64,000 bases of DNA from Myxococcota bacterium (GCA_039028615.1 JBCCHT010000053.1:27802-91801); one strand, 5' to 3'; counted from the stretch's first letter, positions 47,188-57,990 are shown. Numbers and translations are program-made. The notes: a model not told the origin generated them from the sequence alone.

Positions 47188-48411
47188 GTGTTGCCTATCC
47201 GTCCCACTCCTTGCCCTGTCGAGTGGGCCGAGGAGCTATTCACCTTCGGGGTCACCGGGACCAATGGCAAGACGTCCACCGTACAGTTGCTGGCCAGCAT
47301 GATTCGAGCCACGGGCGAGCCAGGCTTGGCCGTGAACACGGTGGGCACCTTCTTGCGGGGCGAAGCGCTCGACGTGGGTCGCAGCGCGCAGGGCTTCGTC
47401 GACGCGATGGCGCGACTGCACGAGGCCGAGGGTCGCCACGCCGCGGTGGAGTGCACGAGCAAGAGCCTGGCCGAAGGCTATGCCCAGCGCTGGCGCTTCG
47501 ATGCGGGCGTGTTCACCAACCTCTCACCCGATCACCAGTCGACGCATGGCTCGCTCGAGCACTATCTCGCGGCCAAGGCCCAGCTGTTCACCGCGCTGGG
47601 TCCCGGGCGTACCGCCGTGCTCAATGCGGCCGACCCCACGAGTCTGCTGCTCGATCGTGTGATCCCGCCCGACGTCGAGCGGCAGTGGTACGGCTCGACC
47701 ACGCGCGGGCCCTTGGTGCACGAGGCCCAGCTCGAAGCAGTGGACGTGCACGTCGCTGCCACGGGTACCCGTGCCACCCTTCGGCCCTCGCCGCAGGCCG
47801 AGGCCTTGGGCGGCTCGATCGAGCTGCGCATGGTGGGCTCGGTGTTCATGGAAAATGCGCTGGCCGCCGCGTCCGCGGGTCTGGCCGCGGGCTTCGACGG
47901 CGCACGGATTCGCGAGGGCTTGGCCGCATGCCCGGCCGTACCCGGTCGCTTCGAGGTCTTCGCCACCGCACCCGTGGTCGTGGTGGACTACGCCCACAGC
48001 CCCGACGCCCTCGAGCGCACCTGCGACGCCGCGCGAGCCTTGGGCACAGGACGGCTGTGGGTGGTGTTCGGGGCGGGCGGAGGCAGCAGCCCCGAGAAGC
48101 GAGAGCCCATGGGCGTCGCGGTGGGGCAGCGAGCCGACGTCGCGGTGGTGACCAACGACAACCCGCGCGACGAGTCGCCCGAGCAGATCGCAAACGCACT
48201 GGTGGCCGGACTCGAAGCAGGCGGCCGAGCCGAGGTCGTCGTCCAGCTCGACCGCGCGCGAGCCATCGAGCACGCCGTCAGCTCTGCGCAGCCAGGCGAC
48301 GTCGTGGTGATCGCGGGCAAGGGCCACGAGACGGGGCAGACCCTCGGCAGTCAGACTTTGCCCTTTTCCGATCGCGAGCACGTGCAGCGACTGGCGGGAG
48401 GCTCCGCGTGA
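47188..48411 (+). CDS. MurE-like Mur ligase lacking the N-terminal domain
   Basis: GVTGTNGKTST, FTNLSPDH, PGRFE, VDYAHSPDAL, NDNPR and AGKGHE motifs. Confidence 0.88.
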   Translation: MLPIRPTPCPVEWAEELFTFGVTGTNGKTSTVQLLASMIRATGEPGLAVNTVGTFLRGEALDVGRSAQGFVDAMARLHEAEGRHAAVECTSKSLAEGYAQRWRFDAGVFTNLSPDHQSTHGSLEHYLAAKAQLFTALGPGRTAVLNAADPTSLLLDRVIPPDVERQWYGSTTRGPLVHEAQLEAVDVHVAATGTRATLRPSPQAEALGGSIELRMVGSVFMENALAAASAGLAAGFDGARIREGLAACPAVPGRFEVFATAPVVVVDYAHSPDALERTCDAARALGTGRLWVVFGAGGGSSPEKREPMGVAVGQRADVAVVTNDNPRDESPEQIANALVAGLEAGGRAEVVVQLDRARAIEHAVSSAQPGDVVVIAGKGHETGQTLGSQTLPFSDREHVQRLAGGSA

Positions 48412-49331
48412 ACGCGCTCGAGGCTGCCCGTCGGGCCGACGCCGCCCTCAGCGAGGTTCGTCGTGCGCTCGAAGAACGCTACGGCTGGACCCACCTCGAC
48501 GTGACCGTCGAGTTCCAGGCCCCCGCGCAGCGCGTCATCCTGCACGGGGAAATCGCCGTCGACCGGATCCGCGCCCGGCTCGTCACCGCATTCGGTGAAG
48601 TCTTGCCGGGCTGGACCATCGACGTCGACGACCTGCGCTTGCTCGAAGGCAGCACCTGGCACGCCCTGCCGCCCGCGCCCACCCAGCTGATGATCGCCCG
48701 CCCCGGCTCCCCGTCGAACGAGGTCGCCACCGAGCTGCGCTTCCAGGACGGCCCCGTGCAGTGCCTGGTCGAAGGCAAGGCCACCAGCATCGTCCGCTGC
48801 CGCGACGGCACCGTGGGATGGCTGGCGGGCCCCCTCGGGCGCAGAGTCAGCGCCCCGCGGCTGTCCATGCCATGGCGCGAGAAACCGGGGCCGCTCGTTC
48901 GCGGCTCGCAAGCGTGGCTCGACGTGCCCTACCGCCTGGGCGGCGTCACCGAAAACGGCATCGACTGCTCCGCCTTCGTGCAGCGACTCGCCAACGACGT
49001 GCTCGGTGTCTCGCTCCCGCGGCACTCCAGCGACCAGCTCCAGGTCGGTCCCCGCACCGGGCCCGGCCTCGAGCCGGGCGACCTCGTGTTCGTGTGGAGC
49101 AGCGACGAATCGCCCTGTCACGTCGGCGTCGGCACAGGCCTCGCCGTCGTGCACGCGTCGCGATCACGCGAGTGCGTCGTCAGCGATCCGCTGTCCGTCT
49201 TCTTGCGTGACGTCCGGCGAGTCATGCACGTCAAGTTTGCCGACCTCGTCGCCTTCGGCCTTCAGGTCGCGGGCAAGCCATCGCTGGTCGCCGCCGGCTT
49301 CGAGCTCGGCCGCCCCGTGCCCGAGGCCTGA
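48408..49331 (+). CDS. NlpC/P60 (C40) peptidase
   Basis: VPYRLGG....GIDCSAFVQ...LPRHSSDQ...PGDLVF...HVGV.....HAS; GTGA overlap with the Mur ligase. Confidence 0.88.
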   Translation: MNALEAARRADAALSEVRRALEERYGWTHLDVTVEFQAPAQRVILHGEIAVDRIRARLVTAFGEVLPGWTIDVDDLRLLEGSTWHALPPAPTQLMIARPGSPSNEVATELRFQDGPVQCLVEGKATSIVRCRDGTVGWLAGPLGRRVSAPRLSMPWREKPGPLVRGSQAWLDVPYRLGGVTENGIDCSAFVQRLANDVLGVSLPRHSSDQLQVGPRTGPGLEPGDLVFVWSSDESPCHVGVGTGLAVVHASRSRECVVSDPLSVFLRDVRRVMHVKFADLVAFGLQVAGKPSLVAAGFELGRPVPEA

Positions 49332-49752
49332 TCGCCAGTCGCTTCGAAACGAAACGACGCGGCACTCGAGCCGAAGGGCAAAGGCTCGAGCACCGCGTCC
49401 GAAGGGACTATCGGAGATTGTTGGCTGCGGGCCGGATAGGGATGACCCGCAGCCTCCGTGACGAAACGGACGAAAAACGACGATGCTTCAAGCGGCGCGC
49501 CGGGGTCGGGAGGACTCCGGTCGAGCCACGGGGGGAACGACGGTGCTCGCCAAGAGACGGGAAGCGAGCGTTTGTCGCAGGGGTTGCCAGGTCACGGCAT
49601 CGACAAAACGATGGGTGAAGGCGAAGGGACGCTGCGTGGGGTGAAGCATCGTGACTCGTCTTTCGTAGGGACAACGTCACCAGGAGCCATGCATTACGGA
49701 TCTTTTCTTTGCTTTTTTTGTCGGGTGGCTCTCATTTGACGGTTGCCAGCCG

Positions 49753-50412
49753 TCAACCCGCTTCTATTTCGTCGGCTGCCGCCGAAGATTCACGCGCGCG
49801 ACGATAGCGACGACACAGCTCGTGTTTCTTACCGATGGCCGATTGAGGCGGCACCACCTCGGGATCGATGTCGATCGCCGTAATCGTGCACTCGTTCACC
49901 CACTCCCACATCACATTGGTCTCCTCGACCAGCAGGTCGTCCGCGTTCTCCGGCTCGTGCTGACCCGACCTCAACTCGTACTGGCGGCGGATCGCTCCGT
50001 TCAGCTCGGACCAACGCGTACCGTCGTACAGCGCCATCAACTGCTCGAGCGCCTCCGCATCCTTCATGACCTGCAGGCGAGGGATCTGCCGCTCGTCCAG
50101 CGGCCCCAGCTCGCCCTCGCGATCGAACAGCTCGAGATTCCCCGTGAACATGTGCCCCACCGCGCACCAACGGCACCCGCCCCAGAACGCCGCCAACGCG
50201 ATCAGCATCTGGGCCTCCGCCGGTCCGAAGCGCTTCTCGAGCCGCTGGAGGATCTCGAACACCTTCTTGGACCAGCGCACGAACTCCCCCACGCCATACG
50301 TGCGCACGAACTCCTCGGCGAAGCGATCGGGGAAGCCGACCATCAGCGACGTCGTGCGCCGCCACAGCCACACGAAGACGCGATGGCGAAGCGGCAGCCG
50401 CCCCTCGTTCAT
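49753..50412 (-). CDS. Hypothetical protein with an AhpD/CMD-like CxxC motif
   Basis: LIALAAFWGGCRWCAVGH; ATGA overlap with the upstream gene. Confidence 0.7.
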   Translation of the reverse strand: MNEGRLPLRHRVFVWLWRRTTSLMVGFPDRFAEEFVRTYGVGEFVRWSKKVFEILQRLEKRFGPAEAQMLIALAAFWGGCRWCAVGHMFTGNLELFDREGELGPLDERQIPRLQVMKDAEALEQLMALYDGTRWSELNGAIRRQYELRSGQHEPENADDLLVEETNVMWEWVNECTITAIDIDPEVVPPQSAIGKKHELCRRYRRARESSAAADEIEAG

Positions 50413-50912
50413 CCCGCCTCCTCCTCGCTCGACTCGTGGTGCGATGCACCCACCGCCCGCAGCTTCTGGGACTGCGAGCTCCGTCGACGCAAGCGCGGCA
50501 GCTTCGCTCGGCCGAGGAACGACGTGAGCGCCTCCACCCGCCCCTCGTCCGACCGCAGCCACGCGCGAGCCTGCGTGTGTTGATGAAACGCCCGAGCGTT
50601 GGGATCGCCCGACTTGTGCGCCACGTACAGAGCGATCCCGCGAAAGCGAGGACGATTGGCAATGAATGCCGTGCGAGCCCCGACCTTCGCCACCGCTCGT
50701 TGGAGTTCGATCAGCCCAGCACGGGCCGAAGTGGGACACGCTCGGAGTTCGCACAAGTCGAAGAGGATCTCCCCACGATCGCCCAGTGTGCGCAGCTGCG
50801 GGACCAGATCTTCGGTGAGACGTCGAACGACGTTTTCATCGATTTCGCCGCTCAGCTGTACCTGAAGGCGGTACGGCGCCACGAGCTCGACGAAAAACGG
50901 CCGCTCAGACAT
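50409..50912 (-). CDS. STAS/SpoIIAA-like (SEC14-like) domain protein
   Basis: LQVQLSGEIDE...ILFDLCEL...ARTAFI...RAF....ARAWL pattern. Confidence 0.7.
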   Translation of the reverse strand: MSERPFFVELVAPYRLQVQLSGEIDENVVRRLTEDLVPQLRTLGDRGEILFDLCELRACPTSARAGLIELQRAVAKVGARTAFIANRPRFRGIALYVAHKSGDPNARAFHQHTQARAWLRSDEGRVEALTSFLGRAKLPRLRRRSSQSQKLRAVGASHHESSEEEAG

Positions 50913-50915
50913 GAC

Positions 50916-51581
50916 TCATACGGGCAGCGCCCCGCCCGGAAACGGTACTGAGATCTGCGCTGCGCCGCAACTTGGATCGTCGGACGTATCGTCCGGAAAT
51001 GGCAACGTGGACTGCTCGAAAAGGAACCTGGGCGGGTCTTTCGTCAGTGGGTGATGCGTGGCAGGAGGCCTGGACTCGAACTCGCGCTCTCCATGCGTGG
51101 AAATCATGAGTGTATCCACACTCGAATCGCCTTCGGCCTCATTGCCATCATCACTCAAATCTTCAATAGAGACACTTCCGAAATCGTAGTCAAACCCAAC
51201 CGAGTCTCCATCGAATCGGTCGATTGCCGAAGTGCCAACGACGAGACTCGGGCCGCCATCACGCTCCGCAGCCCCTTGCCGACCTCGCGCCTCCGCCCGA
51301 GCGAGTCGCTCCGCCCGAGTGGCCACCGCAGCCTCGACCACCGACTGTCGAGGCGCTCGGGCCGTGAGCGGATCGCAGGGCCCTCCTTGCGCCTGCGCAC
51401 CGCCATTGGCCCGTCGATGGCCAATCTCGGGCAGTTGGTGATGGTGATCGGGATCGACGATTCGTGGACGCACCGCAGCTCGGCGACTTGATATCGGTGC
51501 GGACGGACCAGCGCCCATGCCGAATGCACCGAGCGAAGCCCCCAGTGCCGCGACGAGGAGGAGGGGCGCCCTCGAGCTCAT
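50916..51581 (-). CDS. Possible hypothetical secreted protein
   Basis: Signal-like N-terminus; stop 3 nt before the next start; weak codon bias and low-complexity content. Confidence 0.4.
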   Translation of the reverse strand: MSSRAPLLLVAALGASLGAFGMGAGPSAPISSRRAAVRPRIVDPDHHHQLPEIGHRRANGGAQAQGGPCDPLTARAPRQSVVEAAVATRAERLARAEARGRQGAAERDGGPSLVVGTSAIDRFDGDSVGFDYDFGSVSIEDLSDDGNEAEGDSSVDTLMISTHGEREFESRPPATHHPLTKDPPRFLFEQSTLPFPDDTSDDPSCGAAQISVPFPGGALPV

Positions 51582-52589
51582 CGACTCTTCACACTTTCGC
51601 AATCATGCACAGTTCCTTCGAGCGAAAGGAATTGTGTCAATCGTGCTGAAATCATGAGGCCACCGTCCGAAGTCGGCGGCCCCATGGCATCAGTCGTACT
51701 TGGCCCATTCCATGGGCCGGAGAAACCATCACGATGTCATCGGGGGAAGCTCTACAGTCGCCATCCTGGCGGTCGATACGACGATGACTCGATCGACAGT
51801 ATTAGAGCAGGGCGCGAAAACGTCCATGTCGAAATTACATCGACTTCGCCGAAATCGATCAATAATCACCCTAGAGAGGACCACTCGCGGACGGTCTTTC
51901 GGGCCGCGGTCGTGTTCGCGGACAGGGTCGATCGAGCCTGAAATGGGGCGAAATCTCCTGATCGTGGACCTGCTGACTACGTTGGACTCGGTGTCGCATT
52001 CGATGCGATAGCGGTCCCGTAAGCGGCCTATTGGCCGCTCTCGAGCGGGGCCACAGACTCATTGCATTTCGAGTGCGACCGATGCCGAAGCAGGATCACC
52101 ATGAGCGCGTGTCACCTGAATCCAGTGGCGCGAGGCAAGACGCTCTGCGCCTTGCGCCGAGCTCATCGTCGACGCGAGCTGCGACTCCCGACGACACGAC
52201 ACTCCCTCGCGTTTTGATGCTCGGGTCGACACCCTGCTGCACACGACAGGGTTGTCTGTGGCAAGCCACCTGTTCGGCGATGCCGAGAACATCTAGCGCG
52301 TCGCTCGTTTCTTCCTCCGACTGGCTTGGACTCGACCCCGTCGAGTGGCTCGAACCCTCCCCACAGGACTCGGCGTCCCGCCGCGGTGCTTCCTTGGGCG
52401 GCTTGGAACACCCTACGCTTGCGCAAACACGCTCGGCCAACAGACCCGAGTTCATCGGTATCTCGGCTCGCATGCGTGGGCAAACGCCCCGGGGGCGCTC
52501 CCCATGAGAGCGCGCCGTCGATCTTCCGGGGGGTCCGGGGGCGCGCAAGCACTCGCGCATGGACGCGGCAGCAACTGTGTCCGCGACGT

Positions 52590-53561
52590 CTACTCGTGCG
52601 GGAACAAGAAGAAAACCGAGAAGTCGAGGAACTCCGGCCCTTGTCGGTCCGGGAATGCCTTGGTCATCTCGGACTTGAACGCCTCCGAGTCGGGACTCTT
52701 CGCAAGCTGGGTTTGGGCCGCGGCCAGATAGTCCTTCATGGCCGTGAGGCCCGAAGCATCTGTCGGAGAACCATGCCCCGGCAATACGATCGCAGTGTCA
52801 CCCGTAGCGAGCATCTCATCCACATGCGAAATCCAGCTCGGGATCGCCTCCCGGTCGGTGATGATCGGGTGAACGACCGTGTAGACGAGGTCCTGGGCGA
52901 CAGTCACGTCGTATTCGGGTAGCCGGACGACGAGCTGCTCTGGGTGCTCTGCTTGAATGTAGCGCTCGAACACGAAGTCCACCCCGCCGATCGTTGCGGC
53001 GCCCAGCTGCAGGGACCGGGCTGGTGGCGTCACATGATCGGCGACCCACCCCTCGGGGAACATGGCCTCACGCGCCTTCCGCGTCTCCTCGCCGGTACTG
53101 AGAATCTCATCGATGGTACTTTGCAATGCAAAGACCGGCACGTCCTCCCACGCCGCGGCGACCCCCAAGTAGTGATCTGGATGCGCGTGGGAGACGATCA
53201 GTCGCTCGATGGGCTTACCGATGGAATCCACGTACGCTCTCGCATCCCCCGCTGCGGAAACCGTGAGTTGAGGATCGACCACCACCACACCAGTGCTGGT
53301 TTCGATGATGTGCGTCGTGTTGGCGAACATCTCAAAGGGCGCCATGAAACTGTGGATTCGGGCGCCATCGAGCTCGTAAACCCACACCATGGACCCAGAC
53401 TCCTGGGTCTGGACCGTGGGTACGGGCGGCGAGGCGGGCCCTTCGACGGCTGGTGTCTCCGCGGAGCTCGAAGCGCCAACGGCAGGGGCAGAACCGGCAC
53501 AGGCGGTGGTGAGCCCTGCGATACACAAGGCTGTCAGGGAAACGGTCGTTGTACGGATCAT
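52590..53561 (-). CDS. MBL-fold metallo-hydrolase lipoprotein
   Basis: SHAHPDHY HxHxDH motif, QDL and LPGHG; LTTAC lipobox. Confidence 0.9.
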   Translation of the reverse strand: MIRTTTVSLTALCIAGLTTACAGSAPAVGASSSAETPAVEGPASPPVPTVQTQESGSMVWVYELDGARIHSFMAPFEMFANTTHIIETSTGVVVVDPQLTVSAAGDARAYVDSIGKPIERLIVSHAHPDHYLGVAAAWEDVPVFALQSTIDEILSTGEETRKAREAMFPEGWVADHVTPPARSLQLGAATIGGVDFVFERYIQAEHPEQLVVRLPEYDVTVAQDLVYTVVHPIITDREAIPSWISHVDEMLATGDTAIVLPGHGSPTDASGLTAMKDYLAAAQTQLAKSPDSEAFKSEMTKAFPDRQGPEFLDFSVFFLFPHE

Positions 53562-53662
53562 TTGGCTATACTTGGGAACTCGTGCGGTTCCAGACCTCAA
53601 CGTTCAATATGCGACCGTGAAGCCGTGCAAGCCGCAGCTGAAATCCCAACGGAGCATTCGAA

Positions 53663-54586
53663 ATGGTCGAACCTTCACTACGAGAGGCGCTGTCCCACCT
53701 CCCCCGAATGCTGGTGTTCGTCGAGCTGTCGCAACGGCGCTCCTTTCGCGCAGCCGCCCGTACCCTCGGTTTGTCGCCCAGCACGGTCACCCATCACCTC
53801 CAGGCGCTTGAAGAGGTGCTGGGGGTTCGCCTCATCGAACGAACCAGCCGAACCCTGAGCCTCACTGCGGCTGGAGAGGCACTACTCGCAGAGGCGGAAG
53901 GCGTGCACGGGATCTGGAAGCGGGGCTCCAGCAATGCACGGGCATACGCAGAGGCTCCGGTGGGCACATTGGTCGTGACCGCCCCCGACGTGATCGCCGA
54001 GCAATACGTCGTACCCGCCATTCGCGACCTCGTCGTGAAGCATGAGGGGGTGGCCGTCGAGCTCCGGGTCTCAACTGCCAACCTCGACCTCGTTACGGAG
54101 GGTATCGACGTCGCCGTCCGGATAGGGCCCCTCCCAGACTCCGGGTACGGCGCTCGCCTCCTCCACCGCGGGTCGCACCGGATCATGTGCACCCCAGAAC
54201 TCGCCGAGGTCTGGCCCGCAACCCACCCCCGAGATCTCGCGCAGGCTCCTTGGGTGCAGTTCTCTCGCCATCCAGATGTACTCCCCTTGGTCGGCCCTGA
54301 CGGCCAGCGATTCAGCCTCCAAGGACGCTCGAGAATCCGAGCCACTTCTGCGAGCGCCTATATCGGACTCATTGGCCGTGGCACCGGATTCGGTTGCATT
54401 CCCCATACTCTCCTGCCGCCGTACCAATCCCGCGACGATCTCGTCCATGTTCTACCCGACTGGTCGATGGGTCCCGCGAACTTCTACGCGTTGACTCCGT
54501 CGCCACACGTGGCAGATGTCAAAGTGCGCCTATTCACGGATCTACTCGTCAAGCAGTTTGGTGGGATGTCGCGCGAGGCACCGTAG
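53663..54586 (+). CDS. LysR-family transcriptional regulator
   Basis: SFRAAARTLGLSPSTVTHHLQALEEVLGVRLIERTSR; DLVTEGIDVAVRIG; divergent from the MBL gene. Confidence 0.93.
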   Translation: MVEPSLREALSHLPRMLVFVELSQRRSFRAAARTLGLSPSTVTHHLQALEEVLGVRLIERTSRTLSLTAAGEALLAEAEGVHGIWKRGSSNARAYAEAPVGTLVVTAPDVIAEQYVVPAIRDLVVKHEGVAVELRVSTANLDLVTEGIDVAVRIGPLPDSGYGARLLHRGSHRIMCTPELAEVWPATHPRDLAQAPWVQFSRHPDVLPLVGPDGQRFSLQGRSRIRATSASAYIGLIGRGTGFGCIPHTLLPPYQSRDDLVHVLPDWSMGPANFYALTPSPHVADVKVRLFTDLLVKQFGGMSREAP

Positions 54587-54696
54587 ACCCGAGTCATCGG
54601 GCACGACGACCGAGGCTCTGAGCCCCGAGCTCGCGCGAAACAGCTGGCTTCCAACCGTGCCAGCTCGCCACGATCGCTCGCAAGGCCTTCGCGTGG

Positions 54697-55311
54697 TCAA
54701 CCACCGGTGCCACCGGTGCCACCGGTGCCCGCAACCTCATCGTTGGGGTCTCTAACGGAGCGTACACGGAACATCGAGGCAGCTCCGCAATCTTCGGTCA
54801 TATGCAGAAATCCATTCCTCTCGGTCATATAGCCACCCCTGGAGTTGGCCCGCCTCGGACGGTAATAGAACCGGTTGAGATCGGTCAGCTCCTGGGGATT
54901 GGCCAAGGGGTCCGGCAACACCGTCCAGAGGGACCAGGGCGTGGGGTCGCCCAGAAACACGTTCGTTCCCGGCGGACCGGCGAGCATCGATTCCAAGGTT
55001 GCGACGTTCTCGAATGACACGCCGTCTTCTTCACAGTGAACCTCCCAGTGCATGGAGCTAACGTGGGGCTGCGGCATGGCCGAAAGACCAACCACATCCC
55101 CGACTTCGTACAAGTAGGACTCTCCTCGCGAGGTTACCCTCTGAAGGGTAACCGTGTGCCCATTGTAGGCATCACAGAACAAACTGTTGCTGCGGAAGGT
55201 CAGAGCGGGCTCGGGCGCCGGGTCGGGCTTACGGTCGCAGCCCGACACGACGGCGAGGAGAGCCATGGTTGGGAGCAATGCCTTTGCTGACATATGGATC
55301 AACGTGTTCAT
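54697..55311 (-). CDS. Hypothetical lipoprotein, possibly a fascin-like beta-trefoil
   Basis: VVSGC lipobox; three ~40-aa beta-rich segments ending WEV, WTV and FRV. Confidence 0.6.
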   Translation of the reverse strand: MNTLIHMSAKALLPTMALLAVVSGCDRKPDPAPEPALTFRSNSLFCDAYNGHTVTLQRVTSRGESYLYEVGDVVGLSAMPQPHVSSMHWEVHCEEDGVSFENVATLESMLAGPPGTNVFLGDPTPWSLWTVLPDPLANPQELTDLNRFYYRPRRANSRGGYMTERNGFLHMTEDCGAASMFRVRSVRDPNDEVAGTGGTGGTGG

Positions 55312-55568
55312 CTCGAAATTCCTCGGAACTCAACCACCCTGCGTAGGAAAGGACGTCCGGACGCCTGCGGCTGTGCCTTGGTAGGTGCCACACGAGTTCG
55401 TCGTCTATGCAGGGCACGACCGAAAAACGAGAGTCTACTTCCCCGCGCACTTGATTGCCGAGTTCGAGCACGCTCGCGCCGCCGCCCCTGCTCCATGTCC
55501 TTCGGAGGGATCTCGCCTGCGACCGCATATACGCTCTTCTCGAGGTGACTCTACTCCAGGTGACTACC

Positions 55569-56456
55569 ATGACCATGAAACTCAGGGCCAGCTCCACCGA
55601 CCTGCCGAGACCGAGGCCTAGAGGTGCCCGGTGGTTTCTCCGCCTCTCAGCCTCTGCGTTGCTTTGTTCATGTGTCGTGCCCGAAGAGCGAGATGCCCTG
55701 ACGCAACGAGCGAAGAGCGTCGTCTCGAAGTTCGTCGATGCTGGCTATGCCCCGACAGACATCGAGTTTGACGCCGGTATCGCCAAGGTGATCGTACAGC
55801 AGGATGTTGCCATCGATGTCGATGATGAACCCGGGAGGCAGAACGGGGCGGCCTTCCGCCACTACCAGTTTTCTTCAATAGCGATCTCAGACAAGCTCAC
55901 CGACGTTCGGGTCGGCTTGGATCACAGTTTGCGCGAGAAAATGGAAGAACCAGCACAAAAGGCGGTGAGAGCCTGGCAGGAGTTGGGGCTTCGGTTGAAC
56001 TTCTCGTACGTGGAGGATGAGTTGTGCGGCAGTTCCACCGCAGGCAATATCTGGATCGAGCAAGCGGACGAGGACGATGAAGAGCATCTTTGCGGAGATG
56101 GGGTCTACGCAGTCACGGACTTGAAAACTGCGGATGGCTACAGCCCTGCGGGTAGCATTGTCATATGCGAGAGGGCGCTCTCGAATAGTCCTCTCCAGAA
56201 CAAAGTCATCCTCATGCATGAGATCGGTCACGCATTGGGATTCGCTCATACCGACTGGGAGAAACGTGAGAGTTGCGTTGGGCAGGAGAATGGGGAGGTC
56301 GCAGAGGGGAAAGTCCATATCGATGGCACTCCTAAGGGTTTCGTTGAACGGTCGGTCATGAATGCATGTCCGCTCGACGGACCAAACCCGAACAAGGGTG
56401 AGTTTTTAGCCATCGACGAACTCGCCTTCAGGGCGGTGTTTGGACCCGATGAATGA
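55569..56456 (+). CDS. Zinc metalloprotease, metzincin M57-like lipoprotein
   Basis: HEIGHALGFAHTDW zinc motif and SVM Met-turn; IVQQD propeptide-like segment; LLCSC lipobox. Confidence 0.85.
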   Translation: MTMKLRASSTDLPRPRPRGARWFLRLSASALLCSCVVPEERDALTQRAKSVVSKFVDAGYAPTDIEFDAGIAKVIVQQDVAIDVDDEPGRQNGAAFRHYQFSSIAISDKLTDVRVGLDHSLREKMEEPAQKAVRAWQELGLRLNFSYVEDELCGSSTAGNIWIEQADEDDEEHLCGDGVYAVTDLKTADGYSPAGSIVICERALSNSPLQNKVILMHEIGHALGFAHTDWEKRESCVGQENGEVAEGKVHIDGTPKGFVERSVMNACPLDGPNPNKGEFLAIDELAFRAVFGPDE

Positions 56457-57101
56457 ACGTCGGGCAGGCGCACGGGGCCTTTGCACGGTCACGTCTCCAG
56501 CGAGTGCCGTCGTGCCTCATCGAGGTGATCCTGCATCGCCCGCAGCGAAGCCACCCAAGCGAACCGCGGCCGACTTGCACGGGAGCGACTCGGCTTCGGC
56601 GAACCGACGGATCATGAAGTGGATAGGGCCAGTCGAGTCGAGCTGCTTAGACCCAGTGGACCGTGACCTTCTTCCATCGCGCGACCTCTTCGCGCGTCGC
56701 CAAACGGGCGCAGTACGAGTGCATCGATCGACTCGAGAGGCTACGCGTCGGTATCCTTCGAGCGTCCTGAACGGACGAGCGTGAGGGGGCGAGCAGGAAT
56801 GAACGCGGAGCCCTCGTGCTCGGCGAGTTCAGCGTAGGTTGGGTTGAGGGCGACCTTTGACCGCGCTGCGGAGCTGGTCGAAAACAGCGACGTGGGGGCT
56901 CCCGCGAAGTGCTCGAACGCTCGAACCTCGGAAGAAGACCTTCTCGCCCGCACGAAGCTGCTGAGGTATCGTCACGTCGACCCGGGCGCGAACACTCGCG
57001 GGCTACGTAGGTTACGCCAAGCCAGACCGGAACCCCCAACCTCGAGAGGCGCGTACCTGCAGCTCGTTCCGCCCACAATGTGCTTGTGAACAAGGAGGAA
57101 T

Positions 57102-57990
57102 CTATCCCCTGCGGCGGAAACAACAAAACCTCGATCCACTCGCACCCTTGATTTCGCTGATCTCCTCGCGATCGTCCTTAGTCCTGATCGGTTCGGACAT
57201 CGTGAAGGTCCCAGTGACGATGACACGTTCCCAACGACTTTCACCCGCATCCCACTTGAGCGACCAGTCGTAGCCTGCGAAGCCGGAGACCCCTCCATCA
57301 CAAACCCCAGCTCTAATCTGGCTAGCGAGCCCTTCGTCGATAGTGGTCTGCAAGTAGTAGCCCCTGTTTTCTCGCTGTTCGGATTGAATGAACATCACCA
57401 CGTCGTTCTCCATATAGTCCGAATCCTCAAGATCCAAGTTGAACATCGAGGTCTCGAGGTCAACTGGATACCATTGGTCGGAATCTGGAGGAAGATAGTG
57501 AAGTCCATCTCCTTCGACTTCCAGATTAAGAGGGTTGTGCCGGTTTGGATCGTGATGGAAAGCCACCTTCCCTTCCGGTGTGTCCACGACCACCATGCTG
57601 CAACCGGTCAACCTCTCGGTCTTTACTTCAGCTCCTTCGCCGGGGGCTTCGGGTAGCTTCACTCTGGTGGTCGAATGCTCTTCCCAAGGCACGAAGTAGT
57701 CCTCGTCGCGGGGAGTATCGGAGCCGTCGCAGAGGGGAATCTGACCGAGCACGGAGTAGGCCCCCACCTGTTGACCGAAGATTTCGTCGCGCAGTTCTTG
57801 GGGCACCGCGCAGCGACTACACGACTCGGACGTCCCATCTCCGCCCGCCCGCACGGTCGCGGGGTCCAAGGCGGCGGGTTCTTCGGCGGAGTCACATCCT
57901 CCGTGCGAGATCGAAGCCAGGGCAACCGCCACAAGACAAGCCCTCCGTAGAGCGCGCCTCAGCGACGAGATCGCAAACTCCGACCGATCA
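57102..57990 (-). CDS. Putative lipoprotein with a CNF1/BLF1-like cysteine deamidase motif
   Basis: LVAVALASISHGGC signal/lipobox; TERLTGCSMVVV...AFHH; the true start is unclear (frame open to 58439), so the end coordinate is approximate. Confidence 0.6.

Noticed and set aside
47211..48407. 706-aa ORF as one long NlpC/P60 protein
   Set aside because: The 5' part overlaps the Mur ligase out of frame and is Arg/Gly noise; GTG at 48408 with a GGGAGG RBS is the likely start
51600..52580. Genes or transposase remnant in this gap
   Set aside because: No frame gave a recognisable protein by eye; needs tBLASTx
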